This document shows positions 49,545-62,259 of a stretch of DNA of 64,000 bases, one piece after another. Below the pieces are notes generated by a model, which worked only from the letters and a program-made list of their open reading frames with translations, ran no database searches and had not been told where the DNA came from. The stretch comes from Malacoraja senta (Eukaryota), in NCBI GenBank assembly GCA_038087875.1, contig CM076001.1:2170001-2234000 (forward strand). The letters run 5' to 3'. How positions within the stretch are numbered: position 1 is the first letter of the stretch; the number at the start of each line of letters is the position of its first letter. The position numbers and the translations under genes were made by a program.

Positions 49545-50045
49545 TCTATCTGCAGCGTAGGTTTACAAGGTTAATTCCCGGGATGGCGGGACTGTCATAT
49601 GCCGAGAGAATGGAGCGGCCGGGCTTGTACACTCTGGAGTTTAGAAGGATGAGAGGGGATCTTATGGAAACATATAAGATTGTTAAGGGTTTGGACACGT
49701 TAGAGGCAGGAAACACGTTCCCGATGTTGGGGGAGTCCAGAACCATGGGCCACGGTTTAAGTGTAAGGGGTAAGCCATTTAGAACGGAGACGAGGAAACA
49801 CTTTTTCTCACAGAGAGTTGAGAGTCTGTGGAATTCTCTGCCTCAGAGGGCGGTGGAGGCAGGTTCTCTGGATACTTTCAAGAGAGAGCTAGATAGGGCT
49901 CTTAAACACAGCGGAGTCAGGGGATATGGGGAGAAGGCAGGAACGGGGTACTGATTGTGGATGACAAGCCATGATAACATTGAATGGCGGTGCTGGCTCG
50001 AATGGCCTACTCCTGCACCTATTGTCTATTGTCTACTGTCTATTG
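49545..50045 (+). mobile_element. CR1 3' fragment (copy A only)
   Basis: QRRFTRLIPGMAGLSY...WNSLPQRAV. Confidence 0.85.
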
Positions 50046-51348
50046 ACAGAAGAGATAAATCTGCTTATCTCCCCTTTGATACTGTCTGCTTACTGTCCAT
50101 CATGAATTTCCTGTTAAGTTACCCGTGAATTACGTGAGAAAATCAATGCGGTACAATTACTAAGTTACCTGTTGCCCGTTGTATCACGGTCGTCACTGCC
50201 AACTACCTGTCTCCTGAAGCACAAATGCGGCCAGCAAAGTTGGTTCAATCCCAACGGGTTATTTGGCAGGGCCTACATCGCCGTGTTGCGTCTATCGCCC
50301 GACCAACTGCTCTTCTCAGATCTACTCCAAATTTTACAACTGAATCCGTCATCACTGCTAACATTTACACTACATTCCAGGAATAGACTACGTAAATGAT
50401 TCTGTAGAGGTGCAAGCGATCACGAGGGGTATAAACAGCGTGAATTCACAGAGTATTTTACACAGAGTTGGGTCTTTCGAATCAAGGGCCTGAGGACAAC
50501 CGTTTAAGGTGAGACGGAGAGACAATTAATAGGAACTTGAGGAAAAGCTTTTTCACTCAATGGGTGGAGGGTGTATGGAACGAGCTGCCAGTGGAGGTTG
50601 TTGGGCCAGTTACTATCTCAACATTTAAAAGACTTTTCGATTAGGTACATGAAGATGAAAGGTTTAGAGGAATATGGGCCAAACGCAGGCAGAGTGGACT
50701 AGCATAGATGGGGCATTTTGTTCGATGTGGGCGGATTGAGCGGATGGGCTATTTCCATGCTGTATACTGCCATGACTCGGCAAATCGACTGCACAGCTGA
50801 TGATGTACTACATATAGTTCCCAATCCAACAACACCTCTCAAATCAATTACCTCTGCCACCAAAAAATGATGAGCAGCGTGTGCATGGTGCCAAGGACAG
50901 CGAACAGTGGCTACCACTCCCCCTTTCTCTCTCACACACACAGACACACACATTCACACACACACAACCACCGACCAATATGTCCCATCTACACTAATCC
51001 CACCAGCCTGTGCTTGGCCCATATTCCTCCATGTTACCAGCCCCCCAGTGATCCTTTCCGTGTACCTGTTTAAAGCGTTGCACTACCTACATCGGCTGTT
51101 CGATCCAAATAACCACCACCATTTGTGTAAAAAAGTTACCCCTCTGGTTCCTATTAAATCCCCACCACACACACACACCTTAACCCTGTATCCTCTGGTT
51201 CGCTATTCCCCTATATGGGGCATGTGCGGTTCCCGATCTTTTCCACTCGTGGTTTTGTATACCTCTGTAAGATCACCCTTCCTCCCCCTGCGCATCAAGG
51301 AATAAAGTCCTAGCCAACTCATCCTCACCATGTAGCTCAGTGGCATGG

Positions 51349-51660
51349 CGGCACGGTGGCATAGCGGTATAGCTACTTCCTTACTGCGCCAGAGACCTGG
51401 GTATCCTGGCTCCGGGTGCTTGTATGTACACAGTTTGTACGCTCTCCCCGTGACTTGCGTGGGTTTTCTCCGAGATCTTGTGTTTCCGCCCACACTCCAA
51501 AGACGTACATGTTTGTAGGTTAATTGGCTTGTTATAAATGTAAACTTGTCCCACGTGTGTGTAGGGTATTGTTGATGTGCGGGGATCACTGGTCGGTGCG
51601 GACTCGTGGGCCGAAGGGCCAGTTTTCGCGCAGTATCTCTGAACTACGCCACAAAACAAA
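51349..51660 (+). mobile_element. HE1-like SINE (shared with copy B at 59376)
   Basis: GGCACGGTGGCATAGCGG head and central domain. Confidence 0.75.
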
Positions 51661-52227
51661 ACTCAGTCCCTTGGGGGCTGGCAACATAATCTCAAATCTT
51701 CTCTGCACCCTTTCCTGCTTGACAACATCTTTCATATGACTGCGCAAAACGGAACGCAATATACTAAAGGAGGCCTCGCATCCTAACTCGCATCTCTCTC
51801 GCATCGAATCCATGCCTTGCGGTACGACCTGGGAATGGGATCTGGGATCTCTTAAATTCTAACAGATACATTTAAACGGAAAGTACATTTCGGCAGGCAA
51901 TCAACGTAACCTATAAATCCATCATTGACATGCTGCTCACAGTTCTTTACATTACGATACCTTAGTGTTCCTCACGCGGCGGAGCCGAGTTTCCCCTGTT
52001 ACAGCTATGACGACGTTTCCTTCGCCACCCACTCACTACATGCCTAACCTGAAAAAACGCTGACGGAGTCCCCATTCGGGAGTAAGCTGGGGTAGGCGGA
52101 AGTCTGTCAGTTCCCGCCCATCGTTACAACAGCGCCACCAGCACCAACAGTAGAGGCGAGAACATTCGAAAGCCGCACAGCACAAGGTCGAGGAAGGGAA
52201 TTTCACAAAGGGGTTTTCACAGGGAAA

Positions 52228-52273
52228 ATGTGCATATTTGCCATTTGGATTGTGTGGGGAGCATGCCTGATAG
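52228..52273 (+). CDS. Leader exon (MCIFAIWIVWGACLI-D)
   Basis: ATG, 15 codons plus G, then GTAAAG; in frame with the V at 52851. Confidence 0.85.
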
Positions 52274-52850
52274 GTAAAGTCGCAGCAGTTAATCATGCTA
52301 CTTACTCCGACGGGTCATCGACCATCATTGTGAATGCGAACCGGTCTAATATTTCCCTATATGTAAATGGAAAGCCGGGTACTATTTAATCGACATCCAC
52401 ATGTCATGGAGAAAATGAATTGAAATAGGTCGTGTTTCGGGTCGATACCCTTCTTCAGGTCACCTATTCCGTTTGCCAAGAGAGGCAGGGTGACCCACTG
52501 GGTTACTCCAGCTTTCCGTGTCTAACTTCGGTTTAAGTCAGAATCTGCAGTTCCTTACTACCTCTCAGCCGCGGCAATGCTCGATTCACCTCGATATGCA
52601 AGGGAGTTATGCGATGCATATCTACCCCAGTGTCGACATTGGCCTCTGTCTCTGGAACTGATTCGCTACAATAATATGAACTTTATTCTGCACTTGCTAT
52701 TTCCCCTTTATCTACCTATTGAACGTCCGTTTGGTATCATTGTATTTAAGTATATTATCAGTTGATCTGTTTGGGTAGCATGTAATACAAAGGACTTTTG
52801 CGTATTTTTGATGCATGCATAACAAACCTAAATCTAATCTTTTTTTTCAG

Positions 52851-53157
52851 ATCCCAATCATGGGGATACCGTCACACAATCGCTGCCGTCAGCACAGAAG
52901 GTAGAAGGACAGTCGATGACTTTCAGCTGCACTTATGATACCGCAGAAACGTACTACTCCTTATTTTGGTACCGGCATCATCAGGACTCAAGGCCCGAGT
53001 TCATACTGTATACATATTATAGTGGATCCGAGAAGAAAGCCGATTTTGCAGGCGCTCGCTTCACTGCCCAGCTCCAGACCGATAGAAAATTAGTCAGTTT
53101 AACCCTATCGGGGCTGGAGCTGAGCGACTCTACAGTTTATTACTGCGCCCTGAGCCT
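52851..53157 (+). CDS. TCR alpha/delta V exon, open frame
   Basis: DPNHGDTVTQSLP...FSCTYDT...LFWYRHH...SDSTVYYCALS. Confidence 0.93.
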
Positions 53158-53196
53158 CACAGTGATGGAAACAAGTGGAACCTTCCTACAAAAACA
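53158..53196 (+). other. 23-RSS
   Basis: CACAGTG, 23 bp, ACAAAAACA. Confidence 0.93.
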
Positions 53197-56196
53197 TCAG
53201 CTTCTGCTTTGCCTGCTTCAGCTAGTTACGTCTGCACCGCGCTTGGTGGTTGTGGTTTCCCGCCGCCTGAGAATTCTTCCCAACTCACTCAGTTTCTCTC
53301 GAGGGCGGCTTGCGGTGTCATCTGCGCAGCTGAATCGTACCAACTTTTTTTATGTGCTCTGTGCTGAGGACGGCATCTGTGTGAACACAATCGCCATGTC
53401 TGGTGTCTGGAAAACACATGGATTGGGTTTAGATTTATAATGGTAAGAGATACAGTGATGAACTATGCTTTGCATACCAGCTAACAGATCAGATAACGAT
53501 CCATAAATACAACCCATTCAAACCGAAGTGCAATAGATAGAGCAAAGGGAAAGATACAGAGTGCAGAATAAGGTTCTCCACATTGTAGCGCATCAATTCC
53601 AGAATCAAATCTCAATGTCCACAATGCGGCAGATGTGCACCGGCCTGTACTCTGCCCTATGGAGTTAAATCTTGTCGTACCCTGCCGAAGATAGACACAA
53701 AATGCTGGTGTAACAGCGGGACAGGAGGCATTTACGGAGAGAAGATGGGTGACGTTTCGGGTCGATACTGAGAGTCAGGGGAGAGGGAGACTAGAGATAT
53801 GGAAGGGTAAGGTGTGAAAACGATAGATCAAGAAAATGTCGAATATCATTTTTAGCTGGGGGGAGATAACAAACAGAAACTTTAGTGCGATTTTGAATGA
53901 TACCGAGATTGAAAATGTATCGCTTATTGGCGACGAGGATAAACATAATCTTCTTCATCTGTGTGCTCCCTGCATTGGCGATATTAGGCACGATTAGGGT
54001 ATGCAATGTTTGCTCATTGCAGCTGAGCGCAGTACATCCAGTGCTTTATTGCCAACGTCATCGCAGCCGCGGACAAGAGGAGAGCGATTCCACACTTGCT
54101 CATTGATAACACCGCGGAAGCCTGGCCCGGCTCCTATTTCTGAGGTGGTGTCAACCATGCAACAACACCGGCCCCCGAATCCATCCGTAGTCGTCAAAAT
54201 GAAAGGGCTCAATGAGTGGAAACAATGACGAAGTGAGTCTGTGTAACATACAACACATCACTTGATCCTGCGTGCCTCCTCTATGTGTTTGCAAAAACTC
54301 ATATTGACACTTCCTACCGATCTCGTTGTGCAGTTTGCCAGGATACTGCTCCCAACAGGGTTCAAGTGGACACAGCTCCAGCAAATGGTTTTATGTTTTT
54401 GCTGCTGATTAATTCACTCCTCATCTGTTGATTCGGTGTAACCACCGGGTGAGTGAGAGACAAAACGATTGGGAAATAGGAGGGGCAAAGTGGTTCCAGT
54501 CAAGTTGAGGCCAGGGCGGACAAAGTGGCGAAGTGTATAATATTAGCCTGTACTGCATGATTCCAAGAGGCAGTCCACAAGCCGTAGCCCGCGCAGGGGA
54601 TGCCGAATGGGGAAATTTGCAAGAATGTGTTTGGAACAAAGGATGCTCCATATGGACAACGAAGAAACAGGCATCCTACCAAGCCCTGCCATTATCTACA
54701 CCCGTCTCCCCCTCACCGGAGTCCATCCACTAATCCGCAGGTGGTGATTCCCCGTTCATGTACTGCATCTCGTCTCACGCATTCCATTTTCTTGTACAAT
54801 GTCTGACAGACGCCGTTGAGTTCCTCCAACACATAATGTTATTTTTGCTGCACATTCCAGCATCTCTAGTCATTTGTGACTTGCCTCTAATGCAATACAA
54901 TGTTTTCATTTGCGCAATAGCTGCTGCATCATAAGGAAACCAGAAAATGAACAACGCATTGCGAAATTGTCAGCCGTGTTCTCTTCCCTGGAATAAATAA
55001 AGATTCGCCTGATTTACACGGAATTGGATCAATTTCTGATTGCTTTCATGAGTGGAAGGCTGTTCTGGTAGAAAGGGTAACATATACGGAATAAACGCTT
55101 AGCCCGATCCTAATTCCGACATAACGAAGCGAAACAAGCAAGATTAAAATTATCTTTATTTCAAATAAAGACACGTTGCTACATAAAAATCTCTTCGTTA
55201 AATTGGATATCTTTCTGGAAATTGTAGGCGTGTCTTAAAATGTTCGAATGTTATTGATCTGCATGGACTCAGCTGCGAAAATAAGTGATCGGCAGAATAA
55301 CCTGGTATTTTATTGGTATAGATGGAATGGATCGTCAATCACAGTGTACACAGGCGTGTATCCCAGTTAGTTGGTCAATCGGGTAACTACACTGCAAGCT
55401 TATTTGCCAAATACTCCGTATAATCACAGATCTACAGAGTCGAGATTGGGGGCACTGCTACTGTTGGACATGGGGTATAATTTATCTGAATACAGTAATC
55501 GTTGAGGCAGAGCTTGGGGTGAACAACGTCGGGTTCAATAGCGGGAACAAGAATGTTCTGCGAGAATGATAAAGTTCGGCATCAAGTCGCCAAAGATGTC
55601 CACACCGGCGCGCGCTCTTCAAAATAGCAGTGACAAGAATGTCACAATTAATTAAATGAATTATCTTGCAACATACATACAACTAATGCCACTGATAATA
55701 ATATTATAACAATCGAGCTTTGTCAGGGGCTGAACGGAGATAAGGGCCAAGGCACGAGTAGGAGCGATATGTGGGCAAGAGCTTTGTAAAATGGCACAGA
55801 GGAGATGTTAAGAGAAAGGCATTGAATCCGAGATTGAGATGAAGATTTGAACGCCAAGACGCTTCTCTACTTGAAGAACGATATGTCACACTTCATATTG
55901 CTGCAAATTGTTTCAATGGTTGTTCATCTCCAGTTTCAATGATGAGATCCATTCCTCGCTTCATCAAACATTTATCAGATCACAGTTTCTTGAAGGAGGA
56001 GAAGGCCATTTTGTTATTTTGAAGTTTTTTTTTTACCGTGTGGAAATCGTTGGTGACTTGGTGCCTATCTTTATTATTTCCCGCGAAAAATGCGTTGTGT
56101 TCATATACCAGCATTCACTGTGTGCTCCCAAACCGCAAAGCATTCGCGTGAATTATTTATCCTGCCCACCATTCCAATCCAACCAAATTAAATTCC

Positions 56197-56476
56197 GGGC
56201 GGCCACGGTGGCGCAGCAGTAGAGTTGCTGCCTAACAGCACTTCCAGTGCCGTAGAACCGAGCTCGATCCCGACTACGGGTGCAGTGTGTACGGAGTTTG
56301 TACGTTCTCGCCGTGACCTCGTGGGTTTTCTCCGAGATCTGTGGCGTTCAGGCATGTAGGTTAATTGGTTTGGTGTAAGCGTAAATTGTCGCTCGTGTGC
56401 GGGGGGGCTCGCTGGTCGGTGCGGTCTCGATGGGCCGAGGGACCTGTTTCTGCGCTGTATCTCTAAACTAAACTAA
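56197..56476 (+). mobile_element. HE1-like SINE
   Basis: Paralogue of 45877-46160 at the same position in the duplicated unit. Confidence 0.8.
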
Positions 56477-57232
56477 ATTCAATTTAGTTTTCGAATGAAC
56501 TAAATTGTATTCTAACTGTTGATGCCCCAACTCCCTATTACGCCTCACACCTCTACTATGGCACAGTGGTGAAGCGTTCCGTTTTTTTCACCTTAGTTGC
56601 TGACTGTGTGGAGTCTGCAGGTTAACCATGCGACCGCTTATCTTTTCTCTGGAAGCTTCGGTTTCCCCCCTCATCTCAAATGTGCTGCGTGATTGTAGGT
56701 CAATTGGCCGCTGTAAATTTGCCTTCATGCGGAGGGAGTGGATGCGAAATTAGGAACTAGTGTGAACGGGTGAGTGATGGTCGACGTGCACTCTGTTGAC
56801 TGAAGGGCCTGTTTTCATGCTGCATCTTAACATCAATCAATCAATGGTGTCGGGGATTGAAGGATAAATTAATTCTAGTCATAAAGTCATACAGCATGGA
56901 AACAGGTCCTTCGGCCTAACTTGCCCATGACGACCAACGTACCCCATCTGAAGACGTCTGAAGAAGGGTCTCGACCACAAACGTCTCGACCTAAAACGTC
57001 ACCCATTCCTTCTCTCCAGAAATGCTGCCTATCCCGCTGAGTTACTCCAGCATTTAGTACACCCGCCTGCCTGCGTGTTGCCCATACCCCTCTAAACCTG
57101 TCCAATCCATGTCCCTGTCTACATGTTTCTTCGATTGTTGCCTTAACTGCCTCTTCCGGCAGCTCGTTCCATACACCGCCCCGTATGTGTGGAAAAAGTT
57201 ACCCCACGGGTTGCCATTAACCCCCCCCCACA

Positions 57233-57310
<78 letters not shown>
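57233..57310. repeat. (CA)n microsatellite
   Basis: Direct inspection; absent at the equivalent site of copy A (about 46900). Confidence 0.95.
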
Positions 57311-57913
57311 GCACTCCCCTCCCCCCCCTCCACCTTATACCCATGTCCTCGGGTTCTTACTTCCCCTATTCTGAGTAAGATATTCTGCGCCTACCCGATC
57401 AATTACGATCTATTGGACGAACAGAAGAACGTGCAAACTTCACACCGACAACGGCGAGGTCAGGTTCACACGCGTGTCTCTGGTGCTGTCGGAGCAGTGG
57501 ACTAACCCTGTTTAGCAGCCTGGTCTAAAATAGATTATTAATGGCATTGGGATCATTGTAATCGGCGGGAAATTATCACAACTCATGGGAGACTTTGGAT
57601 GAAGAAATTCGAAATCCGAACAGAACAAGGAACATTCCAAATACCGCGTTTTTTGAGAAGCTGGGAAGCTGCGAGACTTTCATTTCGAAGCTGTGGTAAA
57701 GAGAGAGAGAGACGGAGCAGAGAATAGAAAAGAACAGGGACCACTAACGGAAGGAAGAGATACAGGGATGACAGATCTCAGCAAGACACCGTCGCACCTA
57801 CGCAAATCGTACCAAAAACGACTTTGGAAGCAATTCTCATAATGACAGGAACCGCGAACAGGAAGCCGTGTGAGGCTTGCATTGGATTCCAACCCGAGCC
57901 ACAAGGCGCCTTG

Positions 57914-57951
57914 TGTTTCTGTACGGGTGTATACTGATTCCCACCACTGTG
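57914..57951 (-). other. 22-bp-spacer RSS of the V pseudogene
   Basis: CACAGTG, 22 bp, ACAGAAACA. Confidence 0.8.
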
Positions 57952-58405
57952 CGGCTCAACGTGCAGTGATAAACTGCAGAATCGCTCAGCTCCAGATCTG
58001 AGATGGTCAAACTGATGAATTTACTCTGGTGTTCGACAGAGAAACGACGGACAGCGAAGTTCCATTCATTGCCATCGCTGTCTTTCCGTAATGTGTACTC
58101 GGACTCTTAGCCGGGCATCTGTCGATACCAGTATATCCTGTAGGCACCCGTGGTTTTGTATCTGCATTCCAACGTCACTGCTTCTCCTTCTGTCTTCACT
58201 GCTAATGGCGGCGACTGAGTGACAGAATCGCCACGGCCGTGATCTGTAAAAATAGATCCAAACGGAAAAAAATGATCAGACCTGCGAGATTTAAAGTCTG
58301 AGATTCATACCCTGTTTCACAAGTAAAAGATAAAAGAAATGCATGTGTGTCATTATTACTTATCAAAAATGTTCCCCACGCCATCCAGATAATGAGGAAC
58401 CATAT
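57952..58405 (-). pseudogene. TCR alpha/delta V pseudogene, paralogue of 47568-48033
   Basis: Leader 58405-58360 with ATG changed to ATA; V exon 58243-57952 with in-frame TAA at 58109-58107 and two short in-frame deletions in FR3. Confidence 0.9.
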
Positions 58406-59375
58406 GGTGTCTATCAGCTGAGTTGTCGATATGCCGTCGGCAAACAGAGCGCTCCCTCGTTGTTGCCCCGTGTCTCCGTTGGCTCTCCAATAGCGGTGAG
58501 CGGGGTGGGTTCTATCTGTTGACGGATCAGCTGCGCTGGAGTCACTGCACTTATAAGGGAAAATCTGAAGCAATAAAAGCAAAATAGTGTTACCCAAGGA
58601 GCTCGGTGTTAAATGATGAGCTAACGTTACGACACGTATATACCTGAAAGTGATTGTACATTGAACGTTTCCCAGATCATGTCTGTGAATTTCATTAAGT
58701 TTAGTTTAATTCAGTTCAGTTCAGTTCCGTTCAGTTGAGTTCAATTCAGTTCAGTTCCGTTAAGTCAAGTTTACTTTAGTTTGGTTTATTATTGTCACGT
58801 ATGAAGAGAAACAGTAAAATAAAACATTATTTTAATGGACAAAGGAAATTCGGGTACAAGATGGTGAGAGAATGCGATGGTACCTAAGCGGGGAATGGGA
58901 AGGGGAAACAGGGGGATGGTAGGGGGGATTTCTCCAAGTCAGACCCAGAGAGTCATACAGCATGGAACGGGCTCTTCGGCCCAACCTGCCCACACCGACC
59001 AATATCTCCCATCTACATTAATCCCACCAGCCTGCGCTTGGCCCATATTCCTCCATGTCTATCCTTTCCATGTACCATTCTAAATGTTACGATAGTACCT
59101 GCCTCAACTACCTACACAGGCAGCTCGATCCAGTAACCCACCACCGTTTGTGTAAAAAGTTTACCCCTCTGGTTCCTGTGAAATCCCCACCACACACACA
59201 CACACACACACTTTAAACATGTATCATCTGATTCTCTATTCCCCTATACGGGGCAAGTGACTCTGTGCGTTTTGCCCGATATACTCCTCTCATGATTTTG
59301 TACACCCTTCATCACCATGCGCATCATGGAATAAAGTCCTAGCCACCTCATCCTCACCATATAGCTCAGTGGCAC

Positions 59376-59712
59376 GGCGGCACAGTGGCGTAGCGGTATA
59401 GCTACTTCCTTACTGCGCCACAGATCCGTGTAACATGACTACGGAGAGACTGCGGGGGGAGGCTCCGGGTGCTTGTATGTACACAGTTTGTGCGCTCTCC
59501 CCGTGACTTACGTGGGTTTTTCTCTGAGATCTTGGGTTTCCGCCCACACTCCAAAAAGGTACATGTTTGTAAGTTAATTGGCTTGTTATAAAATGATAAA
59601 TTGTCCCATGTGTGTCGGGTATTGTTCATGTGCGGGGATCACTGGTACGTGCGGACTCAGTGGGCCGAAGGGCCAGATTCCGCGCTGTATATCTGAACTA
59701 CACTAAACAAAA
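59376..59712 (+). mobile_element. HE1-like SINE
   Basis: Paralogue of 51349-51660. Confidence 0.75.
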
Positions 59713-60268
59713 CTCAGTCCCTTTGGTGCTGGCCACATCATCGCCAGTCTTCTCTGCACCCTTTCCTGCTTTACAACATATTTCATATGACACGTGCCCA
59801 AAACTGAACGCAATGCTCTGAAGGTGGCCTCGCGTCCTAACTTGCATCCCTCTTGCATCTAATACGTTCCATGCGGTTCGATGTGGGAATGGGAATCACT
59901 TCTAACTCGGAATTAAATTTAAACAGAAAGTACATTTCGCCAGCAATCAACGCAACCTATAAATCCCGCATTCACCCGTTCCTCACAGTTCCTTTACATT
60001 ATGATATCTAAGAGTTACTCATAAGGTCGAGCCGAGTATCCCCTGTTACAGCAGGACGTTTCATTCCCCACCCAGTCACTACATGCCTAACCTGAAAGAA
60101 CGCTGACCGAGTCCCAACTGGGGAGGAAGTTGACGTAGGCGGAACGCAGTCACTTCCTGCCCAGCGTCACCACTGCGCCACTAGCACCAACAGTAGAGGC
60201 GAGAACATCCGAAAGCCGCACAGCACCAGGTCGAGGAGGGACATTCACAAAGGGTTTTCACAGAGAAA

Positions 60269-60314
60269 ATGCGCGTATTTGCCATTTGGATTGTGTGGGG
60301 AGCATGCCTGATAG
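60269..60314 (+). CDS. Leader exon (MRVFAIWIVWGACLI-D)
   Basis: ATG, 15 codons plus G, then GTAAAG. Confidence 0.85.
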
Positions 60315-60883
60315 GTAAAGTCGCAGCAGTTAATCCGGCTACTTGCTCCGACGGAACGTCGATCATCATTGTGAATGCGAACCGGTCTAATCTTTCCATA
60401 TATGTAAATGGAAAGCCGGTCCTATCTAATCGCCATCCATATGCCATGGAGAAAATGAATTGGTATAGGTAATGTTTCAGGTCGAGACCCTTCTTCAGGT
60501 CACCTATTCCTTTGTCAAGAGAGGCTGGCTAATCCGCTGGATTACTCCAGCTTTTCGTGTCTAACTTCGGTTTAAGTCAGCATCTGCAGTTCCTTTCTAC
60601 CTATAAGCCACGGCAGTGTTCGATTCACCTCGATATGCAAGGGAGCTATGCGATGCATATCTACCCCAGTGTCGACATTGGCCTTTGTCTCTGGGACAGA
60701 TTCGCTTCAATAATAATAACTTTATTCTGCACTCTCTCTCTTCCCTTTATCTATCTAATGAACGTGCGTTTGATTTGATTGTATATTATCAGTTGATCTG
60801 TTTGGTAGCATGTAATACAAAGGTCTTCCGCGTATTTTCGTGTACGCATGACAAACCTAAACATAATCCATATATTTTTTCAG

Positions 60884-61190
60884 ATCCCAATCATGGAGAT
60901 ACCATCACACAATCGCTGCCATCAGCACAGAAGGTAGAAGGAGAGTCGGTGACTTTCAGCTGCACCTATGAGACCGCAGAAACGTACTACTACTTATTTT
61001 GGTACCGGCATCATCAGGTCTCAAGGCCCGAGTTCATATGGAGGATACATTCAACAGGAAACGAGGAGAAAGACGATTTTGCAGGCGATCGCTTCTCTGC
61101 CCAGCTCCAGACGGATAGAAAATTAGTCCGTTTAACCCTATCGGGGCTGAAGCTGAGCGACACTGCAGTTTATTACTGCGCCTTTAGCCG
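60884..61190 (+). CDS. TCR alpha/delta V exon, open frame; paralogue of 52851-53157
   Basis: DPNHGDTITQSLP...FSCTYET...LFWYRHH...SDTAVYYCAFSR. Confidence 0.93.
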
Positions 61191-61229
61191 CACAGTGATG
61201 GAAACCAGTGAAACCTTCCTACACAAACA
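61191..61229 (+). other. 23-RSS
   Basis: CACAGTG, 23 bp, ACACAAACA. Confidence 0.9.
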
Positions 61230-61901
61230 TCAGCTTCAGCTTTGGCTGTTGCAGAGAGATACATCTGCACCGCGCTTGGTGGTTGTGGTTGCCCGCCGCC
61301 AGAGAATTCTTCCCAACTCACCCAGTTTCTCTCGAGGGCGGCTTGCGGTATCATCGGCGCAGCTGAAACCCACCGATTCCCTTTCTGTGCTCCGTGCTGA
61401 GGGCGGCATCTGTGTGAACAGAATCGCCATGTCTGGTGTCTGGAAAACACATGGATTGGGTTTAGATTTATAAATGATCAGAGATACAGTGATGAACTGT
61501 GCGTCCCATGCTGGCCAGCAGATCAGATAACGGTCCATAAATACAACCCATTCAAACCGAAGTGCAATAGGTAGAGCAAAGGGAAAGATACAGTGTGCAG
61601 AATAAAGTTATCCACATTGTAGCGCATCAATTCCAGAATCAAATCCCAATGTCCACAATGCGGTTGATGTCCACTGACCTGTACTCTACTTCATGAAGTT
61701 AAATCTTGCAGTACCCTGCCGAAGATAGACGCAAAATGCTGGTGTAACAGCGGGACAAGAGACATATCCGGAGAGAAGATGGCTGACGTTTGGGGTCGAG
61801 ACTGAGAGTCAGTGGAGAGGGAGACTAGAGATATGGAAGGGTAAGGTGTGAAAACGATAGATCAAAGCGGTCTGTGATCCAGGAAATGTCGAATATCATT
61901 G

Positions 61902-62220
61902 TTAAACCCCTGTCTCACTGTGCGAGCTGACCCACGAGGTACCCCGAGTCTAAAACAAATTTAACTCGTGGTAATCACGTACAATTAACGTAGCGGGAAC
62001 GTCGGAACTCGTGGACGCAACTTAGCGACTCTTGGCGCTAACGGCAGGTACCCGTAAAATGTGTTAACTCTTGAAAAAGTTCAAACATGTTTAAACTTTT
62101 CCACGAGTAAAATGTACTCTTGTGGTTAAAAATTGAAACATTTAAACACGTTGTAAGAACGCAGTGGCCCGTGCGTTTACCTTAGTGACTCGTGAGACTA
62201 CCGTGGGAACTCTTTAACTC
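61902..62220. mobile_element. Possible truncated PIF/Harbinger-type MITE
   Basis: Begins TTAAACCCCTGTCTCACTG with internal repeated ACTCGTG/CACGAG motifs; second TIR not seen. Confidence 0.35.
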
Positions 62221-62259
62221 AGCGGGCAGGCAGCATCTCTGGAGAGAAGGAATGGGTGA

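Larger units (their letters stand above)
42813..53850 (+). repeat. Segmental duplication, copy A (about 11 kb)
   Basis: Colinear with 54923-61901: same unique flanks, same SINE insertions, same divergent V pair; extra insertions at about 43479-45277 and 48530-50950. Confidence 0.9.
54923..61901 (+). repeat. Segmental duplication, copy B (about 7 kb)
   Basis: Starts CTGCATCATAAGGAAACCAGAAAATGAACAACGCATTGCG as at 42813; ends ...GGAAATGTCGAATATCATT as near 53850. Confidence 0.9.

Noticed and set aside
54280-54370. WEQYPGK resembling V FR2 on the minus strand
   Set aside because: No flanking Cys motifs, acceptor or RSS.
60616-61473. 285-aa ORF as a single-exon protein
   Set aside because: It is the V exon (60884-61190) extended by open intron and post-RSS sequence; the paralogous copy has stops in the same intron.
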